From an uncultured Actinomycetota bacterium (GTDB lineage Bacteria > Actinomycetota > Acidimicrobiia > Spongiisociales > UBA5794), in the NCBI GenBank assembly GCA_963836085.1, contig CAWIHT010000014.1, forward strand, positions 296,773-360,772: 64,000 nt of DNA, in the 5' to 3' direction. Numbering within the stretch: position 1 is the first letter of the stretch; each line of letters starts with the position of its first letter. The notes under the pieces are model-generated. The model worked only from the letters and a program-made list of their open reading frames with translations. It had not been told where the DNA came from and searched no databases. The translations under genes and the position numbers were made by a program. This document shows, in pieces, positions 31,341 to 41,239 of this stretch.

Positions 31341-32779
31341 GTGAAGAACATGGTGGTGATCGATCCGGTCACACGCATCGAGGGTCACGCGAAGATCACA
31401 ATCGCGCTCGACGATTCCGGTCAGGTCTCCGACTGCCGATTCCACGTGACCGAATTCCGCGGCTTCGAGGAGTTCTGCAAGGGTCGGCCGGTCTGGGAGA
31501 TGCCGAGCCTCACGGCCCGCACATGCGGGATCTGCCCGGTCAGCCACCTCCTCGCTTCGGCGAAGGCAGGCGACGCCGTCATGGGCGTCAAGATCCCCGA
31601 CACGGCGGTGAAGCTCCGTCGCATCGTGAACCTCGGCCAGATCATCCAGTCCCATGCCCTCAGCTTCTTCCATCTCAGCGCTCCCGACCTCCTGCTCGGG
31701 TGGGATTCTGATCCTGCAGCCCGCAACGTCTTCGGACTCATGGCGGAAGAACCGGAACTGGCGAGACGCGGCATCATGCTGCGCAGCTTCGGCCAGGGAG
31801 TCATCGAATCGATCGCGGGCCGCAAGGTCCACTCCCCCGGCATCCTCCCTGGCGGCATCGCCGAGCCGATGACCCAGGAGACCCGCGAACGCCTCCAGGA
31901 AGGACTCGTCGAGGCCCGTCGCACCGCAGAGGACGCTCGGTGCTGTTCACCGGCATGCTCGACATGTTCAAGCGCGAGGTCCAGGCATTCGGATCGTTCC
32001 CCAGCTACTACCTCGGCCTCTCGAACGACGACGGCCTGTGGGAACACTACGACGGCTACTTGAAGATGGTCGATGCCGACGGAAACGTGGCCGCAACCGG
32101 CGTCGCGCCATTCGACTACCGCACGATCATCGGTGAAGCCGGGCGCCGCGACTCGTACCTGAAGTCCCCGTACTTCAAGCCAGCCGTCGCACCCGCCGAC
32201 GACCCGCTCAAGGGCATCTACCGCGTCGGACCACTCGCCCGTCTCAACGTGTGTGAGCGCATGGGTGCGCCGGCCGCAGACGAGGCGCTGGTCGAGTACC
32301 GCGAGCGTGCAGGCGGCATTGCCAGTTCGTCGTTCTTCTACCACTACGCCCGCCTCATCGAGATCCTCGGTGCCACGGAGCGGATGGCCATGCACCTGGC
32401 CGACGACACCGTGGTCGGCCCCCACGTGCGGGCCCGCGCCGGCGTCAATGAGCGTCATGTGGTCGGCGTCTCGGAGGCACCGCGAGGAACGCTCTTCCAC
32501 GAGTATCAGGTCGACGACCATGGCGTCCTGACCGACATGAACATGATCATCGCCACCGGTCAGAACAACCTCCCAATGAACGAGACCGTCCTCCAGATCG
32601 CCAAAGAATGGATCGACGGACCGGACATCCCCGAGGGCATCCTGAACCGGATCGAGGCCGGGATTCGCGCCTACGACCCATGCCTGAGTTGCTCGACCCA
32701 CGCGATCGGACAGATGCCCCTCGTGGTCAGCCTGCTGGCGCCCGACGGTGAGGTCCTCTCCGAAGTCCGGCGTGGCTAA
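31341..32779 (+). CDS. hoxH: [NiFe] hydrogenase large subunit HoxH (group 3d, NAD-linked); one apparent frameshift near 31940
   Basis: N-terminal [10 protein letters not shown] and C-terminal DPCLSCSTH Ni-binding motifs; RIEGHAKI motif. The junction between ORFs 31266..32063 and 31940..32779 is at a GGG/GG homopolymer. A GGAGGA sequence lies upstream of the GTG at 31341. Confidence 0.8.
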
Positions 32780-33209
32780 CAGCCTCGTTGTCGGATACGG
32801 GAACGACCTCCGCGGAGATGATCGCGCCGGGCGGCTCGTCGCTTCTCTGATCGAAGAAACCGATCTTCCTGGCGTCCACGTCCTGTCGCAGTCCCAGCTG
32901 ACGCCCGAGATTTCGCTCGAAATCGCCAAGGTCGATCTTGTGGTCTTCGTTGATGCGAGCGTCGAGACCGCGACACTCGACATCTCTGCCGTGGGGCCCG
33001 GGGTCGCCGGACCTACGACGATGAGCCATCATGCCGATCCGGCAACGCTCCTGCGCCTCGCTCGCGACCTCGGGAAGATGCCGAACGAGGCATACGTCGT
33101 CTCCATCCCCGCCTCGAACCTGGACCTCGGGTTCAACCTGTCACCGAAGACCGCGCGGGCCGTCGACGAGGCCGTTGGGGCAATCGTGGAGCTCGTGCGC
33201 GGTAGCTAG
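32772..33209 (+). CDS. hoxW: Hydrogenase maturation endopeptidase (HoxW/HycI family)
   Basis: VVGYGNDLRGDDRAGRLV motif (GNxxxxDDGxG) and a conserved His near the C-terminus. The GTG start overlaps the hoxH stop. Confidence 0.7.
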   Translation: MANSLVVGYGNDLRGDDRAGRLVASLIEETDLPGVHVLSQSQLTPEISLEIAKVDLVVFVDASVETATLDISAVGPGVAGPTTMSHHADPATLLRLARDLGKMPNEAYVVSIPASNLDLGFNLSPKTARAVDEAVGAIVELVRGS

Positions 33210-34087
33210 GGCACCACCGCCGGCATCCGACGCGCGCTCGCCGCAGTCAGGGAGACGGCTGCGACGGCGACGACGATCAGGACCAGACCGACCATCTGGA
33301 ATACGACGAGGGATTCGTCGAGGATCACCCAAGCGGTCAGCGCTGCGGCAACCGGCTCGATCGTGATGACGACACCGACGACTCGCGCCGGCGTCCTCGA
33401 CAGCGAAGCGATCTCGAGCGACAGCGGGAGTGCCATGGCGAGCGTCCCGAGGAGCACGACGGCCCAGATCACCTTGGGATCAGACGGAATCGGCATGGAC
33501 CACGGCCTCGCGATGAAGAATCCGACAGCGCCACCCATCGCGATCGCACCGGCCGCGAGCGGGAACCCGCCGACAATCGCCCCGACATCCTCGCTCAGTC
33601 TCAGATACGTGGCGAGGAAGACCGCCGACAGGAACCCGGCGAGAACACCGAAGACGTCCAGCGTTTCCAGATTCCCGACCTGGACCAGCAGACCAACCCC
33701 GATCACGGAAGAGACGACCGCTGCCCATGTGACCGGACGCGGATGGGCATGACCGGCGACCCGATCCCAGACCACCACAAGCACCGGCGCAAGGAACTCG
33801 AGACCCACCGCAGGGCCGACACCGATCCGGGAGATGGAGATGTAGAAGAAGCCGTTGAGCACAATCTGCAAAACGCCGACAACGGCGACCCGCGCCGGTG
33901 CGCGGCTGATCTGCGACCGGTATGCGATCGCCCACGGGAGCATGCACACACCGGCAATCGCGACGCGGAGCGCAGAGAGTCGGAACGGGTCGAACTCGTC
34001 GATCACGAAGCCGACAACCGCGGCACTCGTCCCGAAGATGATTCCGCCGATTGCGGCCATCACGATGCCGGTCGCGGTGCGGTTCAC
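33206..34087 (-). CDS. EamA/DMT superfamily transporter
   Basis: 10-TM protein with duplicated EamA halves; 293 aa. Confidence 0.85.
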   Translation of the reverse strand: MNRTATGIVMAAIGGIIFGTSAAVVGFVIDEFDPFRLSALRVAIAGVCMLPWAIAYRSQISRAPARVAVVGVLQIVLNGFFYISISRIGVGPAVGLEFLAPVLVVVWDRVAGHAHPRPVTWAAVVSSVIGVGLLVQVGNLETLDVFGVLAGFLSAVFLATYLRLSEDVGAIVGGFPLAAGAIAMGGAVGFFIARPWSMPIPSDPKVIWAVVLLGTLAMALPLSLEIASLSRTPARVVGVVITIEPVAAALTAWVILDESLVVFQMVGLVLIVVAVAAVSLTAASARRMPAVVP

Positions 34088-34268
34088 AGCGTCCGCCCGC
34101 GCCGACGTCTCGCCACTTGGGTCAGCGCCATAGGGGCAATCGTTTCATCGGTCGTCGTGCTGAGGTGGTCACGCCGTGACGGTAACCCCGGGTTGGAATC
34201 AACCCGCCGAACGCCGAGCTTGGCACTCGTGACGCGGGTATCGTCGAAACACTCACCGAGGAGCCCCC

Positions 34269-36965
34269 GTGACGACACAGATTGAACAGACCAGCGCCTG
34301 GCACTGCGTGACCGCCGGGGAGATCCCTGCCCGCTTCGAGACCGATCTCGAGACCGGACTGTCTTCAGCCGAGGTGGCGACGCGCCTCACCGAGTATGGA
34401 CCGAACTCGATTCCGAAGGAGCAGCCGCCGAGCACCTGGAAGATCGCGGTCAAGCAGATCCGCGAACCGATGAACCTCATGCTCATCGTCGTGACCGTCC
34501 TGAGTGTCGTCATCGGACAGGTATCGACCGCGATCCTGATCGGATTCCTCGTCCTCCTCAACGTCTGGATGGCCACCAGCCAGGCCCTCAAGGCTCGGGC
34601 AAGCGTCAACGCCCTCGACCAACTCCAGGTGCCGTCGGCACGGGTCGTCCGCGATGGACGCGTCGAGAGCATCGACTCGCTCGATCTCGTCCCCGGCGAT
34701 GTCGTCACCGTCGAAGCGGGCGACCTCGTCCCGGCCGACGGCCGCATCATCACCTCGGCCACGCTCGAGGTCCAAGAGGCAGCCCTCACCGGTGAGAGCG
34801 CCCCGGTCCCGAAAGACTCGGGCGTGCTCAGCGACCCGGAGACGGCACTCGGCGATCGCTCGAACATGCTGTTCCAGAACACGTCCGTGACCCGCGGAAC
34901 GGCCACGATCATCGTGACGGCAACCGGTTCACACACCGAGATGGGCAAGATCGCCGGGATGCTCCAGGGCGTCACCCGGGAGCCGTCTCCGCTCGAGCGC
35001 GAACTCGGGGAACTCACGAAATGGCTCGGAATCATCGCCTGGGTGTCCGTCGCGGTCATCTTCCTGGCAGGCTGGGCACGCGGCCTCGACATGGACACCC
35101 TGCTCCTGCTGTGCGTCCTGACGGCCATCTCCGCGATCCCCTCAGGCCTGCCCACGTTCGTTCAGATCATGTTGTCGTCGGGAGCTCAACGCCTCGCACA
35201 CGCCAAGGCTGTGGTGAAGAGCCTCAACGATGTCGAGACGCTCGGTTCAACCAGCGCCATCAACAGCGACAAGACCGGCACCCTGACCATGAACGAGATG
35301 ACCGCCGTTTCGATGTTCACGGGTGGTCGCTGGTACAAGGTCGAGGGCAGCGGCTATGAGAAGACCGGAGCGATCCTGCATTCCGCCGGTGACGAAGTCC
35401 CCGACTTCAACGCCCTGGGCTACGGCCTGACGTTGTGCAGCGATGCGGTTGTCGAAGACGACGGCACGGTGATCGGTGATCCCACGGAAGCCGCGCTCGT
35501 TGTTCTCGCCGCCAAGCTCGGGGTGGACGCCGAAGTCTCCCGTGCCGAGCTCCCGCGTCTCGCCGAAGTGCCGTTCGACTCCGCCTACAAGTTCATGGCG
35601 ACCTTCCACCGCATCCCGGATGCGGAAGGCGATCCCGTCATCGAATTGGTGAAGGGAGCCCCCGATGTGCTCCTGGACCGCAGCGCGACCGCCCTGTGGC
35701 ACGGCGAAGAGGTGCCGCTCGACGAGGTTCGGGACCAGATCATCGCGTCGAACCGGGAACTCTCGGAGAAGGGACTCCGTGTCCTCTCGTTCGCCGTGCG
35801 GCGCTACTCCGAATCCGCGGTGTCGACAATCCAGGACGACCCGATGGCGCAGGTCACCGACCTGGTGTTCATCTCACTCGTCGGAATCATCGACCCGCTG
35901 CGCCCTGAGGCCAAGGTCGCGGTCGACATCGCCAAGAAGGCCGGCATCGACGTTCGGATGATCACCGGCGACCACACGATCACGGCGCGGGCGATCGCGG
36001 ACGACCTCGGACTCGGCAGCGGTGTCATGACCGGCAAGGAGTTTCAGGCGCTCTCCGACGAGGAACTCACCGCACAGGTCCCGGACCTTCACGTCTTCGG
36101 CCGTGTCTCCCCGGAGGACAAGCTGCGGTTGGTCGATTCCATGCAGGCGACCGGCCAGATCGTCGCCATGACCGGCGATGCCGTGAACGACGCTGCTGCG
36201 CTGAAGAAGGCCGACATCGGCGTCGCCATGGGGTCGGGAAGCGAAGTATCCAAGCAAGCGGCGAAGATGATCCTCACCGACGACAACTTCGCCACGCTCG
36301 TCCACGCGGTGGAACTCGGCCGGGACATCTACGACAAGGTCAAGGCCTACATCAGCTACCAGCTGTCCGGAATGTTCGGGCTCCTGGCACTGATGCTGAT
36401 GGCGACGATCTTCAACGTCAACAAGGGCGTGGCCCTGAGTCCGGGGATGCTCATCTACGTGAGCTTGTTCATCACGATCTTCCCGGTGATCGCCATCATG
36501 AACGACGAACCCGATCCGGACTTGATGCTCCGCTCACCGCGCGATCCACGGGTGCCGATCTTCAACCGAAAGAGCGGCATCCGCTGGATCATCGTCGGGA
36601 TCCTGCTGGGAATCTGTGCAATCATCCCCCTCATCTGGGGACCGGACAAGCCGCAGATCGATGCCCCGTCAATCTCGATGACGATGACGTATGCGATCAC
36701 CGCCCTGACCACCGTCGGCATCGGCGTGGTGAGTCGGCGGGACCCGGGTCCGTTCTGGCGGGGTCCGGTCTATCCGTTCTTCGCATGGCTCGCGATCCCG
36801 GCAGTGATCACTTGGCTCGGTGTGGAGTTGCCGCTCCTGCAGCGCTGGCTCGATACGACCTCCCTCACCGGTTCGCAGTGGCTCGCCGTATTCGCCCTCT
36901 CGCTCGTCGTCCCGGTCCTCGTCGAATTAGAGAAGGCCTACCGCCGGAGCCGTCTCACGGCGTAG
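34269..36965 (+). CDS. Cation-transporting P-type ATPase, type IIA (Ca2+/Mg2+-type), 898 aa, intact
   Basis: DKTGTLT phosphorylation site, TGES, MTGD, GDAVNDAAALKKADIGVAMG hinge, 10 TM segments. GTG start. Confidence 0.9.
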   Translation: MTTQIEQTSAWHCVTAGEIPARFETDLETGLSSAEVATRLTEYGPNSIPKEQPPSTWKIAVKQIREPMNLMLIVVTVLSVVIGQVSTAILIGFLVLLNVWMATSQALKARASVNALDQLQVPSARVVRDGRVESIDSLDLVPGDVVTVEAGDLVPADGRIITSATLEVQEAALTGESAPVPKDSGVLSDPETALGDRSNMLFQNTSVTRGTATIIVTATGSHTEMGKIAGMLQGVTREPSPLERELGELTKWLGIIAWVSVAVIFLAGWARGLDMDTLLLLCVLTAISAIPSGLPTFVQIMLSSGAQRLAHAKAVVKSLNDVETLGSTSAINSDKTGTLTMNEMTAVSMFTGGRWYKVEGSGYEKTGAILHSAGDEVPDFNALGYGLTLCSDAVVEDDGTVIGDPTEAALVVLAAKLGVDAEVSRAELPRLAEVPFDSAYKFMATFHRIPDAEGDPVIELVKGAPDVLLDRSATALWHGEEVPLDEVRDQIIASNRELSEKGLRVLSFAVRRYSESAVSTIQDDPMAQVTDLVFISLVGIIDPLRPEAKVAVDIAKKAGIDVRMITGDHTITARAIADDLGLGSGVMTGKEFQALSDEELTAQVPDLHVFGRVSPEDKLRLVDSMQATGQIVAMTGDAVNDAAALKKADIGVAMGSGSEVSKQAAKMILTDDNFATLVHAVELGRDIYDKVKAYISYQLSGMFGLLALMLMATIFNVNKGVALSPGMLIYVSLFITIFPVIAIMNDEPDPDLMLRSPRDPRVPIFNRKSGIRWIIVGILLGICAIIPLIWGPDKPQIDAPSISMTMTYAITALTTVGIGVVSRRDPGPFWRGPVYPFFAWLAIPAVITWLGVELPLLQRWLDTTSLTGSQWLAVFALSLVVPVLVELEKAYRRSRLTA

Positions 36966-37050
36966 GAGCCGCTCCGATCACGGGGGCCGTCGATCTTTCG
37001 ATCGATCGACAGCTCGATAGGATTGGGTAATCCAACCGGTCGGAGAAGCC

Positions 37051-38280
37051 GTGTTCGCTGCCATCGTGTTGCTCGTCGTGGGCCTGTGGTCCGCGGCCGC
37101 CACGATCAACGCGTTCCGGCCGTTCCGCCAGACGCTGTTGCTGTTCCCGAGCATGTTCTGGTCGTGGCTGGTGATCGGACTCCCTCTCCAGCATGTGGCG
37201 CTGCAGATGATCATCACCGGTCTCCTGATCTGGTGGGGTGCCCTCGACCACGCCCTCGGGTGGATCGGGTTGGCCCTGTTGGTGGCCTCGTGGATCGGGT
37301 CGGCCGTCCTCGTGATGAAGACCAGGAAGTCGAGAGCGATCGTCGACACCACGCTCGATGCCCACGGCATCCAGCGCACCGGGATCCCCGTCGCCACGTG
37401 GCGGACCGTCCTCGCCGCTCCATTCCGCGGTCGCGACGTCGAGAAGATCGCGAACGTGCCCTACCGCACCGTGGCCGGTCGCATCCTCAAACTCGACGTC
37501 TACCGACCCGCCACCGGCGCGGCGGGTCGTCCGGCACTCCTTTACGTCCACGGCGGGGGATGGACGGTCGGCGACAAACGGGAACAGGGACTCCCCCTCC
37601 TCCACCACATGGCGAGGAACGGTTGGGTCTGCTTCACCGCGAACTACCGGTTGAGCCCGGGGGCGACGTTCCCCGACCATCTCGTCGACGCAAAGGCCGC
37701 GCTGGCCTGGATCCGCGAGCACGGGGTTCAGTACGGCGCCGACCCCTCGTTCGTCGCCATCGCGGGTGGATCGGCCGGTGGCCACCTCGCGGCCCTCGTC
37801 GGCCTCACGGAGAACGAGGCTCGATACCAACCAGGATTCGAGTCGGTCGACACGTCGGCGCAGGCCGTCGTCCCGATCTACGGCGTCTACGACGCAACCA
37901 ATCGGTTCGGTGCCCAGAGCGATCAGTACGTCCCCATGCTCATGGAGCCGCTCGTCATCAAGGCGTTCCTCGACGACGAACCCGACAAGTTCCGCGACGC
38001 GTCCCCCCTCGACCGGGTGCACGCCGACATCCCCCCGTTCCTCGTCGTCCAGGGAGATCGGGACACCCTCGCGCCGGTGGTAGAAGCCAGGGCATTCGTC
38101 GAGGCGCTCGAAGACCAGTCCGACTCGCGGGTCCTCTACATGGAGTTCCCGGGAGCCCAACACATCTTCGACCTCTTCTACTCACATCAGTCGGCGCAGA
38201 TGGTCGAAGGGGTGCTCGCGTTCCTCAACGACGAGTACACAGCGTCACGCGATTCGGACCCGACGGAGCCGACGGTCTAG
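37051..38280 (+). CDS. Membrane-anchored alpha/beta hydrolase (esterase/lipase, Abhydrolase_3 type)
   Basis: N-terminal TM helices, then HGGGWTVGD oxyanion motif and GGSAGGHLAA nucleophile elbow. Confidence 0.85.
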   Translation: MFAAIVLLVVGLWSAAATINAFRPFRQTLLLFPSMFWSWLVIGLPLQHVALQMIITGLLIWWGALDHALGWIGLALLVASWIGSAVLVMKTRKSRAIVDTTLDAHGIQRTGIPVATWRTVLAAPFRGRDVEKIANVPYRTVAGRILKLDVYRPATGAAGRPALLYVHGGGWTVGDKREQGLPLLHHMARNGWVCFTANYRLSPGATFPDHLVDAKAALAWIREHGVQYGADPSFVAIAGGSAGGHLAALVGLTENEARYQPGFESVDTSAQAVVPIYGVYDATNRFGAQSDQYVPMLMEPLVIKAFLDDEPDKFRDASPLDRVHADIPPFLVVQGDRDTLAPVVEARAFVEALEDQSDSRVLYMEFPGAQHIFDLFYSHQSAQMVEGVLAFLNDEYTASRDSDPTEPTV

Positions 38281-38762
38281 CCGGCCGACTCTTCGCTCCG
38301 CCAGTCGGCCTCGTCGTCAAGGTCGGCAAGGCGTTGTACCGCGAACTCGATCTGGCGCATGCAGTTCGTCTGCCAGATGCCCGATTCGATGAAGCGGTCG
38401 TGCTCCCCCGGCTTCCGAAGGTCGAGGCCGAGGAGACCGCGGCAGGAGGTCGAGCCGAACTCGACCTCGAACTCGTCCATCACCTCCATCATCATCTCGC
38501 GAGCCTTCGTCTTGGCCTCGGCGTGATCGGTGATGCGCCGGCCGGCGAGTTGACCGACCGCGAGTGCGGCCCCGGAGATCGCGCCACAGACACCCCCCGA
38601 GTAGGCCACCCCACCATTGAGCGCCATGGCGGCCGACGAGTCGTCAGCATCGGGGAGTCCGTAGGCAGTCTTGAGCGTGATATACGTGGCCTCGGCGCAA
38701 CCATGCGCGTTGTCGTCGGTGAGGAAGAGATCTCGTGCCTGAGCGATCGGGTCGTCGGTCAT
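38277..38762 (-). CDS. C_GCAxxG_C_C family protein (putative redox-active)
   Basis: HGCAEATYITL … GGVCGAISGA … C motifs characteristic of the family; 161 aa. Confidence 0.65.
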   Translation of the reverse strand: MTDDPIAQARDLFLTDDNAHGCAEATYITLKTAYGLPDADDSSAAMALNGGVAYSGGVCGAISGAALAVGQLAGRRITDHAEAKTKAREMMMEVMDEFEVEFGSTSCRGLLGLDLRKPGEHDRFIESGIWQTNCMRQIEFAVQRLADLDDEADWRSEESAG

Positions 38763-38935
38763 GGGCGCAGTATGGTCGAAATCATCGGATCACCCGCCGA
38801 CGGCCGGTCACGCTTCGCTACCGATTTCGCGCCAGGCGGATCGCCTGGGAACATGGGAGCCATGGGGTCCGAGTGAGGCAGGGAACGGCAATCGCTCATC
38901 TTGCTCGCTGCTGGCATGCCGACTACCATCGCGCT

Positions 38936-38949
38936 ATCGATAATCGATG
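38936..38949. promoter_or_regulatory. Instance 1 of the recurrent direct-repeat motif TCGATAATCGATGA (candidate operator), ~50 nt upstream of the cupin gene
   Basis: gctatcgataatcgatgatcgg in the divergent intergenic region. The same 14-mer occurs at 45.37, 50.13 (reverse complement) and 61.65 kb. Confidence 0.4.
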
Positions 38950-39000
38950 ATCGGGAGGACCGGTGCACCCGGGACGTCTCGACGAACTGCGAGGTGCAGC

Positions 39001-39363
39001 ATGCTCAAGGCCGTCACGAGAGACGAAGCGGAACTGTTCGAACTCCCCGGACGAAAGTGGTACCACTACAGCGGACCGGCCCTCACCGGCGCCGAGCACC
39101 TGACGGTCGGCTTCGCCATCTTCCCCCCCGGTTCAGCGCCCGAAGGCCACGTGCATCCCACGCAGGAAGAAACGATCTACATCACGGCCGGTCACGGTGA
39201 ACTCGTGACGCCGGAAGGCACCGTTGCCCTCGAGCCCGGCACCACCGTGTTCATCCCGATCGGACTGCACCACGCGACCGTATCCAACGGCCCCGGCGAT
39301 CTCGAGATGGTGACCGCCTTCGGTCCACCGGTGGTCCCCGGTTCCTACGAAGACGACAAGTAA
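39001..39363 (+). CDS. Cupin domain protein
   Basis: Cupin_2 motifs G(X)5HxH…(PEGHVHPTQEE)…G…H (LHHAT). Confidence 0.75.
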   Translation: MLKAVTRDEAELFELPGRKWYHYSGPALTGAEHLTVGFAIFPPGSAPEGHVHPTQEETIYITAGHGELVTPEGTVALEPGTTVFIPIGLHHATVSNGPGDLEMVTAFGPPVVPGSYEDDK

Positions 39364-39389
39364 TCATCCAGCCACGGAGGGCACCATCG

Positions 39390-40262
39390 ATGACTGATAT
39401 CGCGACCACCTACTCCCCCGACGACATGGCGGAGTTCGCCCGCCAAGCGCGGGTCCGGATTCTGGAAGCGGTCAAACATGCAGGCGGCGGCCACGTGGGT
39501 GGCCCCTACTCCGCCTCCGACATGCTGGCTGCGCTCTACTTCGGCATCATGAACGTCCGGCCCGACGAGCCAGACTGGCCCGACCGCGACCGGTTCATCC
39601 TGTCGAAAGGACACAGTTCGATCGCGCTCTACACCATGCTTGCGCTGCGCGGCTACTTCCCGGTCGAGGAGCTCCTCACATTCGACTCGATCAACTCGCG
39701 TCTTCAGGGGCATCCGGACATGACGGTCACCCCCGGTGTCGACATGTCCTCCGGTTCTCTGGGACTCGGCTTCGCCGGTGCCCTCGGCATCGCCCTCGGC
39801 GCCCGAGCCGAAGGCCGCGACTTCACCACCTATGTGATGCTCGGCGACGGCGAATGCAACGAAGGCGTCGTATGGGAAGGCGCACACGTCGCCGCCCGCT
39901 ACGCACTCGACAACATCGTCGCAATCGTTGACCACAACAAGTTGCAGCAGTTCGGCTGGACCGGCGAGTCGCTCACCGACCGCATCACGCCGTACACCGG
40001 AACCCAACTCGCCGACCGCTGGCGGGCCTTCGGGTGGGAAGTCATGGAGATGGACGGCCACCACATCCCGGAAGTCCTCGAAACCCTCGCCGCCGCGCGG
40101 GACTTCGAAGGCGGACCGGTCGCCGTGATTGCCCACACCATCAAGGGCAAGGGCGTCTCCTACATGGAAGGCGACTACACGTGGCACAGCAAAGTGCCGA
40201 ACGACGAGGAATTCGCCCTCGCCATGGAAGAACTCGGTGAAGCCGAAGGAGGTGCGGCGTGA
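39390..40262 (+). CDS. Transketolase, N-terminal (TPP-binding) subunit
   Basis: GGHVGGPYSASDMLAALYF, GHSSIALY, GSLGLGF, MLGDGECNEG motifs of split transketolase. Confidence 0.9.
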   Translation: MTDIATTYSPDDMAEFARQARVRILEAVKHAGGGHVGGPYSASDMLAALYFGIMNVRPDEPDWPDRDRFILSKGHSSIALYTMLALRGYFPVEELLTFDSINSRLQGHPDMTVTPGVDMSSGSLGLGFAGALGIALGARAEGRDFTTYVMLGDGECNEGVVWEGAHVAARYALDNIVAIVDHNKLQQFGWTGESLTDRITPYTGTQLADRWRAFGWEVMEMDGHHIPEVLETLAAARDFEGGPVAVIAHTIKGKGVSYMEGDYTWHSKVPNDEEFALAMEELGEAEGGAA

Positions 40263-41206
40263 CAACGCTTGCCAAAGGGAAGTCCCTCCGCATGGCGTTC
40301 GGTGAGACGATCACCGAACTCGCGGAGACCGACAAGCGACTCGTCGTCCTCGACGGCGACACCGGAAGTTCCACCTACACATCGATCTTCGAAGCCGCGC
40401 ACCCGGACCGCTTCTTCCAGATGGGCATCACCGAGCAGAACATGCTCGGCATGGCCGCCGGAATGGCGACCCTCGGGTTGGTTCCGATCGTCAGCACATT
40501 CTCGTGCTTCATCGTGTCAAGGGCCCATGACTCGATCCGGGTCCTCATCGCGCAGCCGAAGGCCAACGTCAAGATGATGGGCGGATACGCCGGCCTGCTC
40601 GCAGGCATGACCGGCAAGACACACCTGATGTTCGACGACATCTCAATCATGCGAGCCATGGCCAACATGACCGTCGTTGCACCCGTCGACGAGGTCGAGA
40701 CCCGCAGCGCCCTCAAGGCAATCATGGAGTACGACGGTCCGGTCTACTTCCGGCTCAACCGTCCCGACACGCCGATCATCTTCGACGACGACTACGAGTT
40801 CGAACTCGGCAAGGCCGTCGTTGTTCGTGAGGGAACCGACGTGACCGTATTCTCCACCGGCACCCAGACGTCACGCGCCTTCGAGGCGGCCGAGGCACTC
40901 GCCGCTGAGGGCATCGACGTGCACCTCGTCCATGTTCCGACGGTAAAGCCACTCGACGTAGAGACCGTCGTTGCGGCTGCCAAGAAGACCGGTCTGGTCG
41001 TGACGACCGAAGAGCACACCGTGGTCGGCGGTCTTGGCGGAGCCATTGCCGAGGCGCTGGCCGTCAACGCCCCGACGCCCATGGTCATCCACGGGATCAA
41101 CGACGTCTTCGGCGAGTCGGGTCCCGACGGTCCACTCCTGGAGAAGTACGGTATCTCCTCGGAGAAGACCGCAGCAGCAATCAAAGGCGCCGTCGCCAAT
41201 CGCTAG
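40259..41206 (+). CDS. Transketolase, C-terminal (pyrimidine-binding) subunit
   Basis: Start overlaps the upstream stop (GTGA). Transketolase_C / Pyr domain motifs, e.g. FGETITELAE…GITEQNMLGMAAGMA. Confidence 0.9.
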   Translation: MTTLAKGKSLRMAFGETITELAETDKRLVVLDGDTGSSTYTSIFEAAHPDRFFQMGITEQNMLGMAAGMATLGLVPIVSTFSCFIVSRAHDSIRVLIAQPKANVKMMGGYAGLLAGMTGKTHLMFDDISIMRAMANMTVVAPVDEVETRSALKAIMEYDGPVYFRLNRPDTPIIFDDDYEFELGKAVVVREGTDVTVFSTGTQTSRAFEAAEALAAEGIDVHLVHVPTVKPLDVETVVAAAKKTGLVVTTEEHTVVGGLGGAIAEALAVNAPTPMVIHGINDVFGESGPDGPLLEKYGISSEKTAAAIKGAVANR

Positions 41207-41239
41207 CCACAAACCAACGACCTCTCCGAAAGGACACCA

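Noticed and set aside
36955-38876. Overlapping ORFs 36955..38163 (-) 402 aa and 37023..38876 (+) 617 aa
   Set aside because: Both are alternative frames or antisense to the well-supported membrane-anchored esterase gene (37051..38280) and the C_GCAxxG_C_C gene; composition is artefactual.
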